Of a stretch of 20,000 bases of DNA, positions 9,826-20,000 are shown piece after piece. This DNA is from Trypethelium eluteriae (taxonomy: Eukaryota). A program made the translations under genes and the position numbers. Below the pieces are notes generated by a model. It saw nothing but the letters and a program-made list of their open reading frames with translations, did not search any database and was not told the origin of the DNA. Within the stretch, counting starts at the first letter, position 1. Each line of letters begins with the position of its first letter. The DNA lies in the NCBI GenBank assembly GCA_051942245.1, contig JAVECL010000047.1, forward strand, positions 56,110-76,109. Reading direction: 5' to 3'.

Positions 9826-10523
9826 TTATTCCTCTGTACATTCGAGTCGGGAACTCAGATCGAGTTTCAATCTATTCGGAAATGGTCCCTGTGGGTCCGC
9901 TTCACTTGCATTTCGTTGTCAAGATGTTTGAGACATTTGAAGCTATAACATTTTCTCTCCTCTTGCAAGGTAGTCGGGGCGGACGACATCGGGATCATTA
10001 GGTTAAAGGGAAATCTGGTCCTTTCTGTGGCCTAGGAACCGGGGGTTTATTTTCACTTTCTACGATTGAGATGCCCGATACCTCCATGCGATCCCTTGCT
10101 TTTACACGCTTTGATGACTCATTCGGTTGAGAAGGAGAACTATAATATAGCTTGAAAGCTGGGTTTATTTTGTAGATATGTTGCCTATCTGAGCTGAGGC
10201 GCTGGTCACCAAAGCGCCATGGACACAAATAATTGGCAATTCTTTGACATGTAGTCAAAACATGCGTTCACGCGCTTCCAAGTTCATGGCTCGTGATCAC
10301 GAACTGAAGTTAAGCGCACACAATAACATACCTGTAGATAGCTCGATGGATTCAGTGATTTCCGTAGATTACTGCTAGATATAAGTGGCTGGCGGTGGTG
10401 GGGTGGTGGGGTTCCCTGGTACCGGGTCCTCCACGATCCAATTCTCGGAAAATTCCCAAGCTTAGCGAAACATTCACAGCACTCGGCATGAGACGAAAGC
10501 TTCTTTCCATCTCAAAATAAGTC

Positions 10524-12698
10524 ATGGCACCAAATTCACGCGGTCGCCCCAGGGGTCGAGGCAGAGGCAGAGGTCGAGGTGCTAGAAGTTCTGCACCAAG
10601 CCGCTCGACTGGAGAGCTTCAACCAAATGCGATAGGGGAGGATGTCCCTATGAGTGACAGCCAAGCTGTTCCTGGAGCTTCTAATATCGTGGAAAATGAC
10701 CAGGCAGCAGACCCTCAAGGCACTAGCGAAATACAATCAGAGCCCGAGCAATCAACGGCACCTGCAGTTGAGCTTGCTGAAGAACGACCACCTCAACCAG
10801 CTGCAGAAGCTGATCCCGAAATCCAACAGCGAGGCATCCTACCGAAGACAGACTCTTCCACAACCCCGAATCAGTCATCTCTATCGGTAGAAGTCCCGAA
10901 TGCTTCCGCCGCAATACCCTCTTCATCTCCACCAACACAGCCCTCGTCCTCAAATCGCCCATCATCCCAACCACAGCCTCAACGAGGGACCAAAAAACCA
11001 GGCCCAGGGCCACGACTTCCAGCGCGTCGCAGTAAGGAGGAGCGCGAAGCTCTCATCCGTGAAGAGGAAGAACGTAGGAGAAAGGCGCAAGGAACATCCA
11101 GCTCGAGCTCTGCGCCCAGGGGCCCAGGCGGTCGAGGAAGAGGCCTTGGATGGAGAGATGGACGAGGCGGGAGTGGTAGAGGAGGAGCAAGAGGGGGGAC
11201 TGTAGGTGGGGAAGCTGTTGCCAGTGGGCCGTTCTCTGCTGGAACGGTGTCTGCGGAGCAGAAGAAGAGGAAAAGAGGCGGTGGCATTGCTGGCGCGAAC
11301 CAGCGAAGTCAGGGCGAAAGGGTTTCTCGGCAGCAGGAAGCAGAGGACGGGGAAGAGATAGTGGTGGCAGGAGCGTCTGGAGGAGGTGCTCGTCGAGGAG
11401 CTGGAGCTGGAGCTGCGTCAAAGTCGAAGTCGGCAGCTACAACGGGAGTAAGATCGAAGGGTAAAGGCAAGCAAGTGAAGAGAGAAGGAGAATCAGACAA
11501 GGATGCTGACGGGGATATTGCTATGCTGGGATTGCCTAAAGTGAAGAAGGAAGGTGTCGAAGGAGATCACGCTTCGGATGCTGGTGAGGGAGACGAAAGT
11601 CCTCGCAGAGATATTGATGATATCGAACACATCGATCTGACGAATGATGACGATGATGTAACTGGAGCCAGGGATCAGAGAGCCAAAAGTGTTCGACCTT
11701 TCTTGGCAGGACTAGCCCCAGTGCGACTTCCTAGAAGAGATCACCTTGCTTATGATCCAGCGATTAAAAGAGAATCGAGCCCAACGGAAGCCTTTTCTGG
11801 CGGACTCGACGAGGGTGCGATAGGAAGTATGAGGGAAGAGAGCACGCAAGAAGAGCATACTCGACGTCGTACTAATGTCAAACCCAAAGATGTCGAGTTT
11901 ATTCGGGGCAAGCGACGTTGGCAAGGCGTGTATCAGGATGATGAAGACGCCGAAGTGAATATAAAGCAAGAGCCAACTGAGGATGCCATGGACCTCGATG
12001 CAGCTCCAGAACAGTCAGACGTGCACCAAACACCAAAGGAACCACCTTCATCTCCGGAAAAGAAAAAGAAAGACGACAAAGACACGACGAAGCCAAAGAC
12101 CTCAGGCTTCAAATCGGAATTCCAGACCGCGCAGGAGAAAGACGAGCTTGAAAGGCAACGTCAAGATACTCAAACACTTATGCAAGAGCTTGGCCAGGCA
12201 CCACTTCTCGGCGAGTCCGCACCCTCAGAAATCCGCGAAGGCCGAGTCTACCTCTTCCAGCTCCCACCAGTCATCCCAGACCTCATCCGCGCCGACCTCG
12301 CAGTTAAGCAAGAGCAGCAACAAGCCCCAGCAGACCAGAACAAGCCCGAGGGCTCTGCGTCTGTGATCTCTCGCCCCGACAAGAAGCCCATCAAGGTGGA
12401 GGAGACCGATACTGCAAATACCCACCACCGGAATCCCAAGGCACCAAAGCTTACTTCGGGTATCGCTGGGAAGTTGCGGGTGCATGAGTCAGGACGGACG
12501 ACGCTGAACTGGGGAGGCACGAGCATGGAGTTGAATATGGGATCGCGGTTGACGTATCTGCAGGAGGTGCTTGTTGCTAAGGGCCTGGATGATGGAGATG
12601 AAGGAGGTTCGGAGGGTACGAAGAAAGAAGCATTTGGTCTCGGCGTTATCAGGGGCAAGTTCGTGGTCACACCGGACTGGGAGGAGATCATTACGTGA
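10524..12698 (+). CDS. RPC53: RNA polymerase III subunit C53 (RPC4 family), 724 aa, single exon
   Basis: C-terminal RPC4 domain motifs YLFQLPP.IP.L, G.AGKLRVHESGRTTLNWGG, GKFVVTPDWE. Long low-complexity N-terminus with RG/RGG repeats and charged tracts. Confidence 0.9.
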   Translation: MAPNSRGRPRGRGRGRGRGARSSAPSRSTGELQPNAIGEDVPMSDSQAVPGASNIVENDQAADPQGTSEIQSEPEQSTAPAVELAEERPPQPAAEADPEIQQRGILPKTDSSTTPNQSSLSVEVPNASAAIPSSSPPTQPSSSNRPSSQPQPQRGTKKPGPGPRLPARRSKEEREALIREEEERRRKAQGTSSSSSAPRGPGGRGRGLGWRDGRGGSGRGGARGGTVGGEAVASGPFSAGTVSAEQKKRKRGGGIAGANQRSQGERVSRQQEAEDGEEIVVAGASGGGARRGAGAGAASKSKSAATTGVRSKGKGKQVKREGESDKDADGDIAMLGLPKVKKEGVEGDHASDAGEGDESPRRDIDDIEHIDLTNDDDDVTGARDQRAKSVRPFLAGLAPVRLPRRDHLAYDPAIKRESSPTEAFSGGLDEGAIGSMREESTQEEHTRRRTNVKPKDVEFIRGKRRWQGVYQDDEDAEVNIKQEPTEDAMDLDAAPEQSDVHQTPKEPPSSPEKKKKDDKDTTKPKTSGFKSEFQTAQEKDELERQRQDTQTLMQELGQAPLLGESAPSEIREGRVYLFQLPPVIPDLIRADLAVKQEQQQAPADQNKPEGSASVISRPDKKPIKVEETDTANTHHRNPKAPKLTSGIAGKLRVHESGRTTLNWGGTSMELNMGSRLTYLQEVLVAKGLDDGDEGGSEGTKKEAFGLGVIRGKFVVTPDWEEIIT

Positions 12699-13102
12699 CG
12701 ATCAGGGACACGAAGGAAGGAATTAGACAATATGCATAAAGGCAGGAGCTGGGGTCTGGGTTCTCCATGCATGACTTGGCGCATGGCTGGATTCGGGTAC
12801 ACGTGCTGGCTATTGGACGCTCGTTGCCTTTAGAATTGTGATATGAAGCGACAAATTGCCGGGTTATAGAGTATTATTTACCTGGATTGTTGACCACTAG
12901 AAGGTGCGATATAGAACTCAAAGTCGATTTCTGATTTGTACCCCACCATACGTACCTCTCCTAAACCCAACCCCACCATCTGTAGCTCTAGTCTAATTGT
13001 TGTGGCGTCACCCCGCAATATGATCTACTATATAATAGGGCTCGATCTCGCGCAGATTGAAAGCCGGATAATTTACTGCAGCCCGGTTCTTTGTAGTGAA
13101 CT

Positions 13103-14330
13103 ATGGCGGGCGAACGAGCAAGGGCAAAGGCAATTGTATCCCACGGATCCCTTGAAGATGGACAATGGCGCATGGAGGATGTCACACTTCGACCCCTTCG
13201 AGAAGGTGAACTTCTTGTAGACATCATTGCCTCTGGTGTCTGTCATACGGATATTCTTTTCGGATCTCTGAAAGAAGGTCCTTCGGTAATATATCCGAGC
13301 ATCAAAGGTCATGAAGGTCGGTAACAACGTGACCTAACTCTTCAACCCAAGGAGCGGTAAATACAGCTGCTGATGTATCATGGACATAGGCTCGGGTTAC
13401 GTCAAAGCAGTCGGCTCAGCGGTGACAGTTGCTCAGAAGGGCGACCCAGTTCTCCTTTCATTTTCTAGCTGTGGAAGCTGTCATGCCTGCGCCGATCAAG
13501 TGCCCAGCTACTGTACTTCATTTAATCAGCTGAACTTCCTGGGATCCAAGAATTTCGATCTGGCTTCGTCTACGGCATCATCTGGTAAGCCGTCGATCTC
13601 AGGACAGTTTTTCGGGCAGTCTAGCTTCGCGAACACAACGATTGTCTCGCAGAAATCCGTGGTCAATGCCAATAATTTGTTCAAGAATAGACAGGAGTTG
13701 GAACTATTCGCACCACTAGGCTGTGGCATTCAGACTGGCGCCGGTACTATAATAAATGTCGCTCAAGCAGGAGCAAAGGATGCAGTAGTAGTGCTAGGGC
13801 TTGGCGGAGTCGGTCTCAGTGCCATTATGGCAGCAAAACTCCTGGGCTGCCAAAAGATCATTGGAATCGACAAAGTTAGCAGCCGACTTAGTCTAGCCAA
13901 AGAGATTGGGGCAACCCACGTCGTCAATACCCTCGAATTGGACGGATCCAGTCTGGTCGATAAGGTGAGAGAAGCGACCGATGGTCTAGGGGCAACAGTC
14001 ACAATGGATACAACAGGAGTGAAGGCACTCACGATGCAAGGCATCGAGTTTACAAGGAATCATGGAAAAATTATCCAAGTGGGTTCAAATGGATTGGAAG
14101 ACTTGGCCGATTTCCCAATGTTGCTGTTCATGGTGAGTGGGAAGCAGTTTCTAGGGGCTGTGGAAGGTGGTGCCACTCCAAGCAAGTTCATTCCTCAACT
14201 TATTCAGTGGTACCACGAGGGCAGATTTCCAATTGATAAATTGATCAAAAGGTTCAAGGCGGATGAATGGGAGAAGGCGATCCACGAGATGCATGAGGGA
14301 GAGACTATTAAGCCGATATTGCTCTGGTGA
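13103..14330 (+). CDS. Zn-dependent medium-chain alcohol dehydrogenase (aryl/benzyl-alcohol dehydrogenase-like), ~384 aa, 2 exons
   Basis: Exons 13103-13316 and 13390-14330. Intron 13317-13389 (GTCGGT...GCTGAT...CATAG) restores GHEGSG. Catalytic Zn ligands in GVCHTD, GHE and PLGCGIQTG. Structural Zn motif CGSCHAC...YC. Rossmann motif GLGGVG. FFGQSSFA motif. Confidence 0.92.
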
Positions 14331-14452
14331 AGGTCTCTCCTGAAATAATGTTTAAACAGTATCGTACGAAAACATACCTCTTCGTGAATATGCTGCTCTG
14401 CTTGTATCGAGCACTTACAAGTCCGTTGAGCTCTAAGCTCACATCTCGTAGT

Positions 14453-14608
14453 CACGAAAAGTCGGGGGGTTGGGGAAGACGCGTCGAAAACAAAGCAACG
14501 CGTGTGGCCCATTAAAGTGCCTAGCTCGGTTTAGTGGATGTTATTGTCTACTAGTGGAAAACGTCATTTTCGCGCTAAGCGGGGGCTCTTTAAAGCGCGT
14601 CTTCGCGT
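14453..14608. promoter_or_regulatory. Cluster of MCB/SCB-like G1/S elements upstream of RNR2
   Basis: CACGAAA 14453-14459; ACGCGT 14479-14484 and 14498-14503; TTTTCGCG 14567-14574; GCGCGT 14595-14600; TTCGCGT 14602-14608. RNR genes are established MBF targets in fungi. Confidence 0.75.
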
Positions 14609-14740
14609 GTTCCCTCTCTCGATTCTCTCCACCACTACTTTCGCAACAGTCGACGCATACTCAACTCCACAACATTGATTTTCCTTGCTCGAAACATTGC
14701 TTTCCAAATCAATTCGTATACTCAGTCCGAGTCAGGAACA

Positions 14741-16181
14741 ATGACCACCGAAATCACGCCCTCAAAAAGGGTATGTCCTCCTTTGACTCATTTCTCTTTG
14801 CATACCTCAAGAACTAACATGACCTGCAGGCGGCCGCAGGCATAGAAACCATGAAAATGGATGATTCACCAGCCAAAAAACTCGACTTTTCTATAGCGAA
14901 CAAAGAGAACATTGAGAATGACGAGATCGCCGTCCCCATCAAGGGCATACCAGTGCTCGAGGATGAACCCAAAGTCGAATCCGTCGAGGACAAACCTGCC
15001 GTCGCGCCTACAATTAGAGAAGAAGAGGCTGGAGAACCTCTGCTACAAGAGAACCCTCAGCGCTTTGTGCTTTTTCCCATCAAGTATCATGAAGTTAGTC
15101 TCACACGACGCGTCTGTTACGCGTAAAGTGCTTGTAGGACTGTGTGAGAGCTAACATATGACGCGTAGATATGGGCCATGTACAAGAAAGCTGAAGCCTC
15201 GTTCTGGACTGCCGAGGAGATTGATCTCTCTAAGGACCTTCACGACTGGAATAAGCGATTGAATGATGACGAACGGTACTTCATTTCTCACGTCCTAGCT
15301 TTCTTCGCCGCATCGGACGGGATCGTCAATGAGAACCTTGTAGAGCGCTTCAGTGGAGAAGTACAAATACCAGAGGCTCGGTGTTTCTATGGCTTCCAAA
15401 TCATGATGGAAAACATCCACTCCGAAACATATTCTTTGTTAATCGATACCTACATCAGCGAGCCCAAGCAACGCAGCTATCTCTTCAACGCCATCGACAA
15501 TAGTAAGCCTTCGTAATGGCCCCGACATGGAAATCCTTGTGCTGACGTTATCTAGTTCCTTGCATCAGAAAAAAGGCCGACTGGGCGCTGCGATGGATAA
15601 CGGACAAGAGCTCCACCTTTGCCTGTCGACTCATTGCCTTCGCTGCTGTCGAGGGTATCTTTTTCAGCGGTTCATTCGCCTCCATCTTCTGGCTCAAGAA
15701 GCGCGGTCTCATGGCCGGATTGACATTCTCAAACGAACTCATCTCACGAGATGAGGGCATGCACACCGATTTTGCTTGCCTCCTTTTCTCCCACCTCAAC
15801 AAGAAGCCCGAACAAAGCCTTGTCAACAAGATCATCACTGAGGCCGTTACCATTGAACAAGAATTCCTTACAGATGCGCTACCTTGTGCCTTACTCGGTA
15901 TGAATGCGAAGCTCATGTGCCAGTATATTGAGTTTGTTGCCGATCGTCTACTTCTTTCTCTTGGAAACCCAAAGCATTACCACGCCACAAATCCTTTCGA
16001 CTTTATGGAGAACATTTCGCTAGCAGGCAAGACGAATTTCTTTGAGAAGCGAGTAGGTGACTACCAAAAGGCTGGCGTGATGGCGAGTACAAAGAAGCAT
16101 GAGGATAAGGGAGCAACGACGTCATCGGCGGGTACAGCTCCGGGCGTCAGTGGAGATTTCAGCTTTGATGAGGATTTCTAG
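14741..16181 (+). CDS. RNR2: Ribonucleoside-diphosphate reductase small (R2) subunit, ~417 aa, 4 exons
   Basis: Exons 14741-14770, 14830-15093, 15169-15502, 15556-16181, with GT-AG introns and branch points. Motifs [64 protein letters not shown], and C-terminal FSFDEDF. Confidence 0.98.
15108..15166. promoter_or_regulatory. Three intronic MCB boxes (ACGCGT) in RNR2 intron 2
   Basis: ACGCGT at 15108-15113, 15119-15124 and 15161-15166 within intron 15094-15168. Confidence 0.5.
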
Positions 16182-17646
16182 AGAGATCTCCGTTTGGATT
16201 CTAATCCCCACTCACGAAAGTCAGACTTCCTCTCTAGTTTTGCGTCGCTATACAGTCGATGCATAAAGCATTTTCAAGGGGTTAATGTGGTACGTTCCTT
16301 GGGAATGTTTTTTGAAGGCGTTAAGAGATGGTCGCTTGGACATATCAAGTCTTGGAAAGGCTATTTGTACCATGAGAAATATACACACAAACCTAAATCT
16401 CTTCGCGGAGACTCCTGTATGCAATACCAGTATGTTTGAGACCACGTTCTCAATCTACCGAACTGTTCCGCATCTTCTCATCTCCATCTCTTGACTTCCG
16501 CAGATTTTTGCTGTAGCTCTCTCTTTGTCTCTGTCTCTGTCGTATGTTGAGCCGACGTATTATGCAATTACCGTAGTGCGCTTCAGTGCGATCAGCATAT
16601 TCTTAACATTGGAGAACACCCAAATCAAAGAAGAGTTTCTGAAGAATCACGCGTAGGTTGTAAATTTATTACTAGAAGCTGCAAATCGCGCTCAAAAAAT
16701 TTGAGATAATTGGATAGGAAAAAGACGAAAAGAGGGAGTTGACGAGATGGGAAGTATGACGGAACGACTTGCTGAGGAGAGAACGACGCACTAAACGCAA
16801 AAGCTGTAAGAAGGTTACAGGCAGCCGAAGAAGTCTTCAAAGCGAGTTGCTGCCCATTGGTTCCATCGAGTATTGGCAAAGACGCATCATGTCTGAATGT
16901 TTGACTGGCAACTAGTACGCTTTTGGCTGATTGAAATGCTTGAGAATACTGTATGCTTCGTTACTAGGTTGAGCTACTGAGTATAGTACTATTCTTGTAT
17001 AGATACCTAGGCAATGAAAACATTTGGATAGAGTGCGATATGTACGAGTACCCAGAATGATGTGGCTTAAGAGGTAAGGTTATACTTACCTCATGCGACG
17101 TGGATGCTAGACGGGAAGTACTAATGATCACGTGCCTCGTACGAGTCCCACAAGCGTGTTCCGCGTATCAATTTAGTAATTTATCCTCGGTAGATATCCG
17201 AGGCCGTTTGAAAGCAGCGAGAGGAGGAGACGTTAGGGCTACGCATGAACAGCGTATCGCCCATGTTCTTCCCAAATTCGTACTTCCGACGGTCGACCCT
17301 GAGATTCCGATGTCGTGATCGTCTACCGCATCCCTGAAACCTTAATGGGCACCTGGGGATGGGATGCTAGGATGCTGGGAAACCCTGCAGGTCCGCTGCG
17401 ACGCACGGAGCTTCATGACGTTCCAAGCTGGCGGGTTGCAACTGCCATCTCTGGACAAACACCAACGTAGCAAATCATCTCCATTTCCCCTGCTGATTCA
17501 CACACTCCATCACTTGCCCTTGCCCATATGTTACGCTCCTTTGGTTATTCTACACTACTCTCAATGCGAAAATTTCCTAGATTTCTATGCGATAGCTTCT
17601 CTCCCACTGAACGTCCTGGTGTCTATTGTCTGTCAATGTCCCCAAC

Positions 17647-20000
17647 ATGACGGCTGCCGTTCCCCAGATCCAAGTTACCGATCCCCAAAGTAAGGATGTG
17701 CCTACAAGTCCGCCGTCAGCGCGGTCGCCTGCCCAAATCTTGACCGATGGCATTGACGGCGTGAAATCGCCCTCGGGGCATTCAGGTGTCAATGGGGAAT
17801 GTAAGCACTCCCGACTCTGAGTATGCGTATACTAGAGCTACAAAGTCAAGCTCCGTTCTTTTTGCGCGGAGGACTGATTGAAAACTTACAGCTGGGCCAA
17901 ATTCAAGCGGAAGGACCACCCCTGCAAGCTTACGGCGAAATAAATCTAGCGGAACATCTGCACAGAGCGATGCGCCTACATCCCCTGGAGCCGGCTCCGA
18001 GCGCGACAAAGAATCTCAAGCTGCAACTGATCCCCTTTCTGAACACCTGGCAAAGCGCACAAATGTACAGAATCATGCTGTCAACAAGGTACAATCTCTC
18101 GAAAAAGGCCAAAGTCGGACCCTACCTTCGCCCACAGAAGGTTCGATGGAGCTCAAAGCGCCCCCTAGAACTGATACTGGAAATTTCACGCAGAAGGACA
18201 AGAAGTCTCGAGTTTCCATCCTGAGTCGCTTAAGAGGCAACAAGAAGAAGGACGGGCTTGATCAAGACAATGATGTCGAATCGGAATTTGGTGATGCGAG
18301 GCCGGAAGGGATGGATGCACAGCTTTTCTCCCAACCTATTGACAATATCGAGTACAACCCAAGACATCCCCATCCGCCTGCATATATCAAAGTACGGGCT
18401 CGAAATAAGAAAGAAAAAGACTTTGACCGATTGTTCCTCGCCCAAGAATTGCATGGAAAGGATCTACCAGCAAAGACGCGTAGGGGTAGGAATAACAGCA
18501 TTTCAAGTACCACTGCACCTACAGCGCCCGGTAGTGGTGGAACTGTCTGGGCAATGGAGTTCAGCAAGGACGGAAAATACCTTGCTGCTGCTGGACAGGA
18601 CAAGGTTGTGCGAGTTTGGGCTGTTCTGTCATCGCCAGAGGAACGCAGGGCCCACGAAAAGGAAGAAGAGGCCGCGCTCAAGGATCGAAACGGTCATACG
18701 CAGCACCTCAACGCACCCGTGTTTCAAAACAAACCAGTCAAGGAATATCAGGGCCATACTTCAACAATCCTGGATTTAAGCTGGAGCAAGGTAAACGATT
18801 ATCTAGATTCATGCTTACTATTCACTGACTTGATAGAACAACTTCCTTCTCTCTTCATCAATGGATAAAACGGTCCGCTTATGGCATATCAGCAGGCCTG
18901 AATGCCTTTGTACATTCAAACACAACGACTTCGTACCTTCTATCATGTTTCATCCTCGAGACGATCGTTTCTTCCTTGCTGGATCCCTTGACTGCAAGCT
19001 TCGCCTCTGGAGCATACCTGACAAAAGTGTGGCGTACATGGTGCAACTCCCAGACATGATTACAGCTGTGACATTCACACCGGATGGCAAGACATCAATA
19101 GTTGGATGCCTTAGCGGGCTCTGTCTCTTCTACGATACTGAAGGGCTCAAATATCAAACGCAAATACACGTGCGCTCAGCTCACGGGAAAAACGCAAAAG
19201 GCAGCAAAATTACAGGTATCCAGGCCGTAAACATGCCTCCCCATGACCTGAACGGTGAGATAAAGCTGCTCATCACAAGTAACGACTCGAGGATTCGACT
19301 TTATAATTTTCGAGACAAGAGCCTTGAGATTAAGTTCAAAGGAAATGAGAACAACTACAGTCAAATCCGTGCTTCATTTTCTGACGACGCTCGGTACGTG
19401 ATATGTGGAAGCGAGGATCGTAAAACATATATTTGGCCTGGAGCTCAGGTGGACGGGGAGAAGCCAGACAAGCGACCCATAGAGATGTTTGAGGCGCATG
19501 CAGCGATCACGACGACAGTTATCTTTGCCCCTACAAAGACTCGACAGCTGCTCAGTAGCTCTGAGGACCCGGTGTACGACATTTGTAATCCTCCACCTGT
19601 TCAGCTTGTTAGCAAGTCGGACTCCTTTAGTTCTACCAAGCCTGCCACAGAAACTGGAAGCATTCAGGCGACACCAACACCAGCCGAGACAAGCTTTAAG
19701 CGCCCAGAAGAAAATCCAGCCTACTTAGCAAGGAGTCAGCACCACAACGGAAATATCATCATTACGGCAGACTATGCTGGCAAGATCAAGGTCTTCCGTC
19801 AAGACTGCGCGTTTCAAAAGAGACGTTCAGACAATTGGGAAACAGGCTCGACGTTTTCTAAGAGAGTCACCTCTGGTCTCGGACGGACAGCTTCCATGAA
19901 AACCCACGGTAGCGGACATTCGCGCCGCAACTCCAACTCCATCCAAACATCCTCCTCCGACCGCATCCTCTCCTGGCGCCAAACCGTCACCAGCAGCCCC
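17647..20000 (+). CDS. WD40 repeat protein, WDR44 / yeast DGR2-YMR102C-like (3' partial)
   Basis: Exons 17647-17800, 17892-18790, 18837 to beyond 20000. Introns GTAAGC...ACTGAT...TACAG and GTAAAC...ACTGAC...GATAG. Motifs LFLAQEL, VWAMEFSKDGKYLAAAGQD, YQGHTSTILDLSWSK/NNFLLSSSMDKTVRLWH, FHPRDDRFFLAGSLDCKLRLWSI, ITSNDSRIRLY. Confidence 0.92.

Noticed and set aside
6856..12802. Numerous antisense and alternate-frame ORFs over the ADF-H and RPC53 genes
   Set aside because: They are shadow ORFs of low-complexity coding sequence with no recognisable motifs.
16517..16540. CT/TCTCTG microsatellite
   Set aside because: Too short and degenerate to be notable.
17082..17250. Functional U1 snRNA gene
   Set aside because: Only the first 10 nt match. 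Loop I spacing is wrong, there is no loop II ATTGCAC, and there is no convincing Sm site with a terminal hairpin.
16194..17360. Short ORFs or a RIP-degraded transposon between RNR2 and the WD40 gene
   Set aside because: The ORFs are under 90 aa, mostly with non-ATG starts and no motifs. TpA enrichment is local, with no terminal repeats or transposase remnants.
1..20000. Functional gene cluster or prokaryote-type system (CRISPR, operon, secondary-metabolite cluster)
   Set aside because: The genes are intron-containing and functionally unrelated. No repeat-spacer array, backbone synthase or mobile element was seen. The nucleotide-metabolism link between RNR2 and OHCU decarboxylase looks coincidental.

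Overview
Gene-dense eukaryotic DNA from a filamentous ascomycete (Pezizomycotina-type short GT-AG introns with CTRAY-like branch points). I could build spliced models for eight genes: SWD2/WDR82 (+), a conserved hypothetical protein (+), OHCU decarboxylase (-), a large N-terminal ADF-H / C-terminal PH-like protein (+), Pol III subunit RPC53/RPC4 (+), a Zn-dependent aryl-alcohol-dehydrogenase-like MDR enzyme (+), ribonucleotide reductase small subunit RNR2 (+) and a WDR44/DGR2-like WD40 protein (+, runs off the window). I saw no tRNA, rRNA, transposon or CRISPR. The region is mostly housekeeping, and I cannot demonstrate a new biological system. The best leads are: (1) a 326-nt, stem-loop-rich intron in the OHCU decarboxylase gene, with H/ACA-like boxes and a hairpin-buried in-frame alternative acceptor; (2) three perfect MCB boxes inside a 75-nt RNR2 intron; (3) a UaY-type CGG-N6-CCG site plus GATA sites in the OHCU promoter; (4) an unexplained gap of about 2.4 kb. 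Family assignments come from motif recognition, not database searches.
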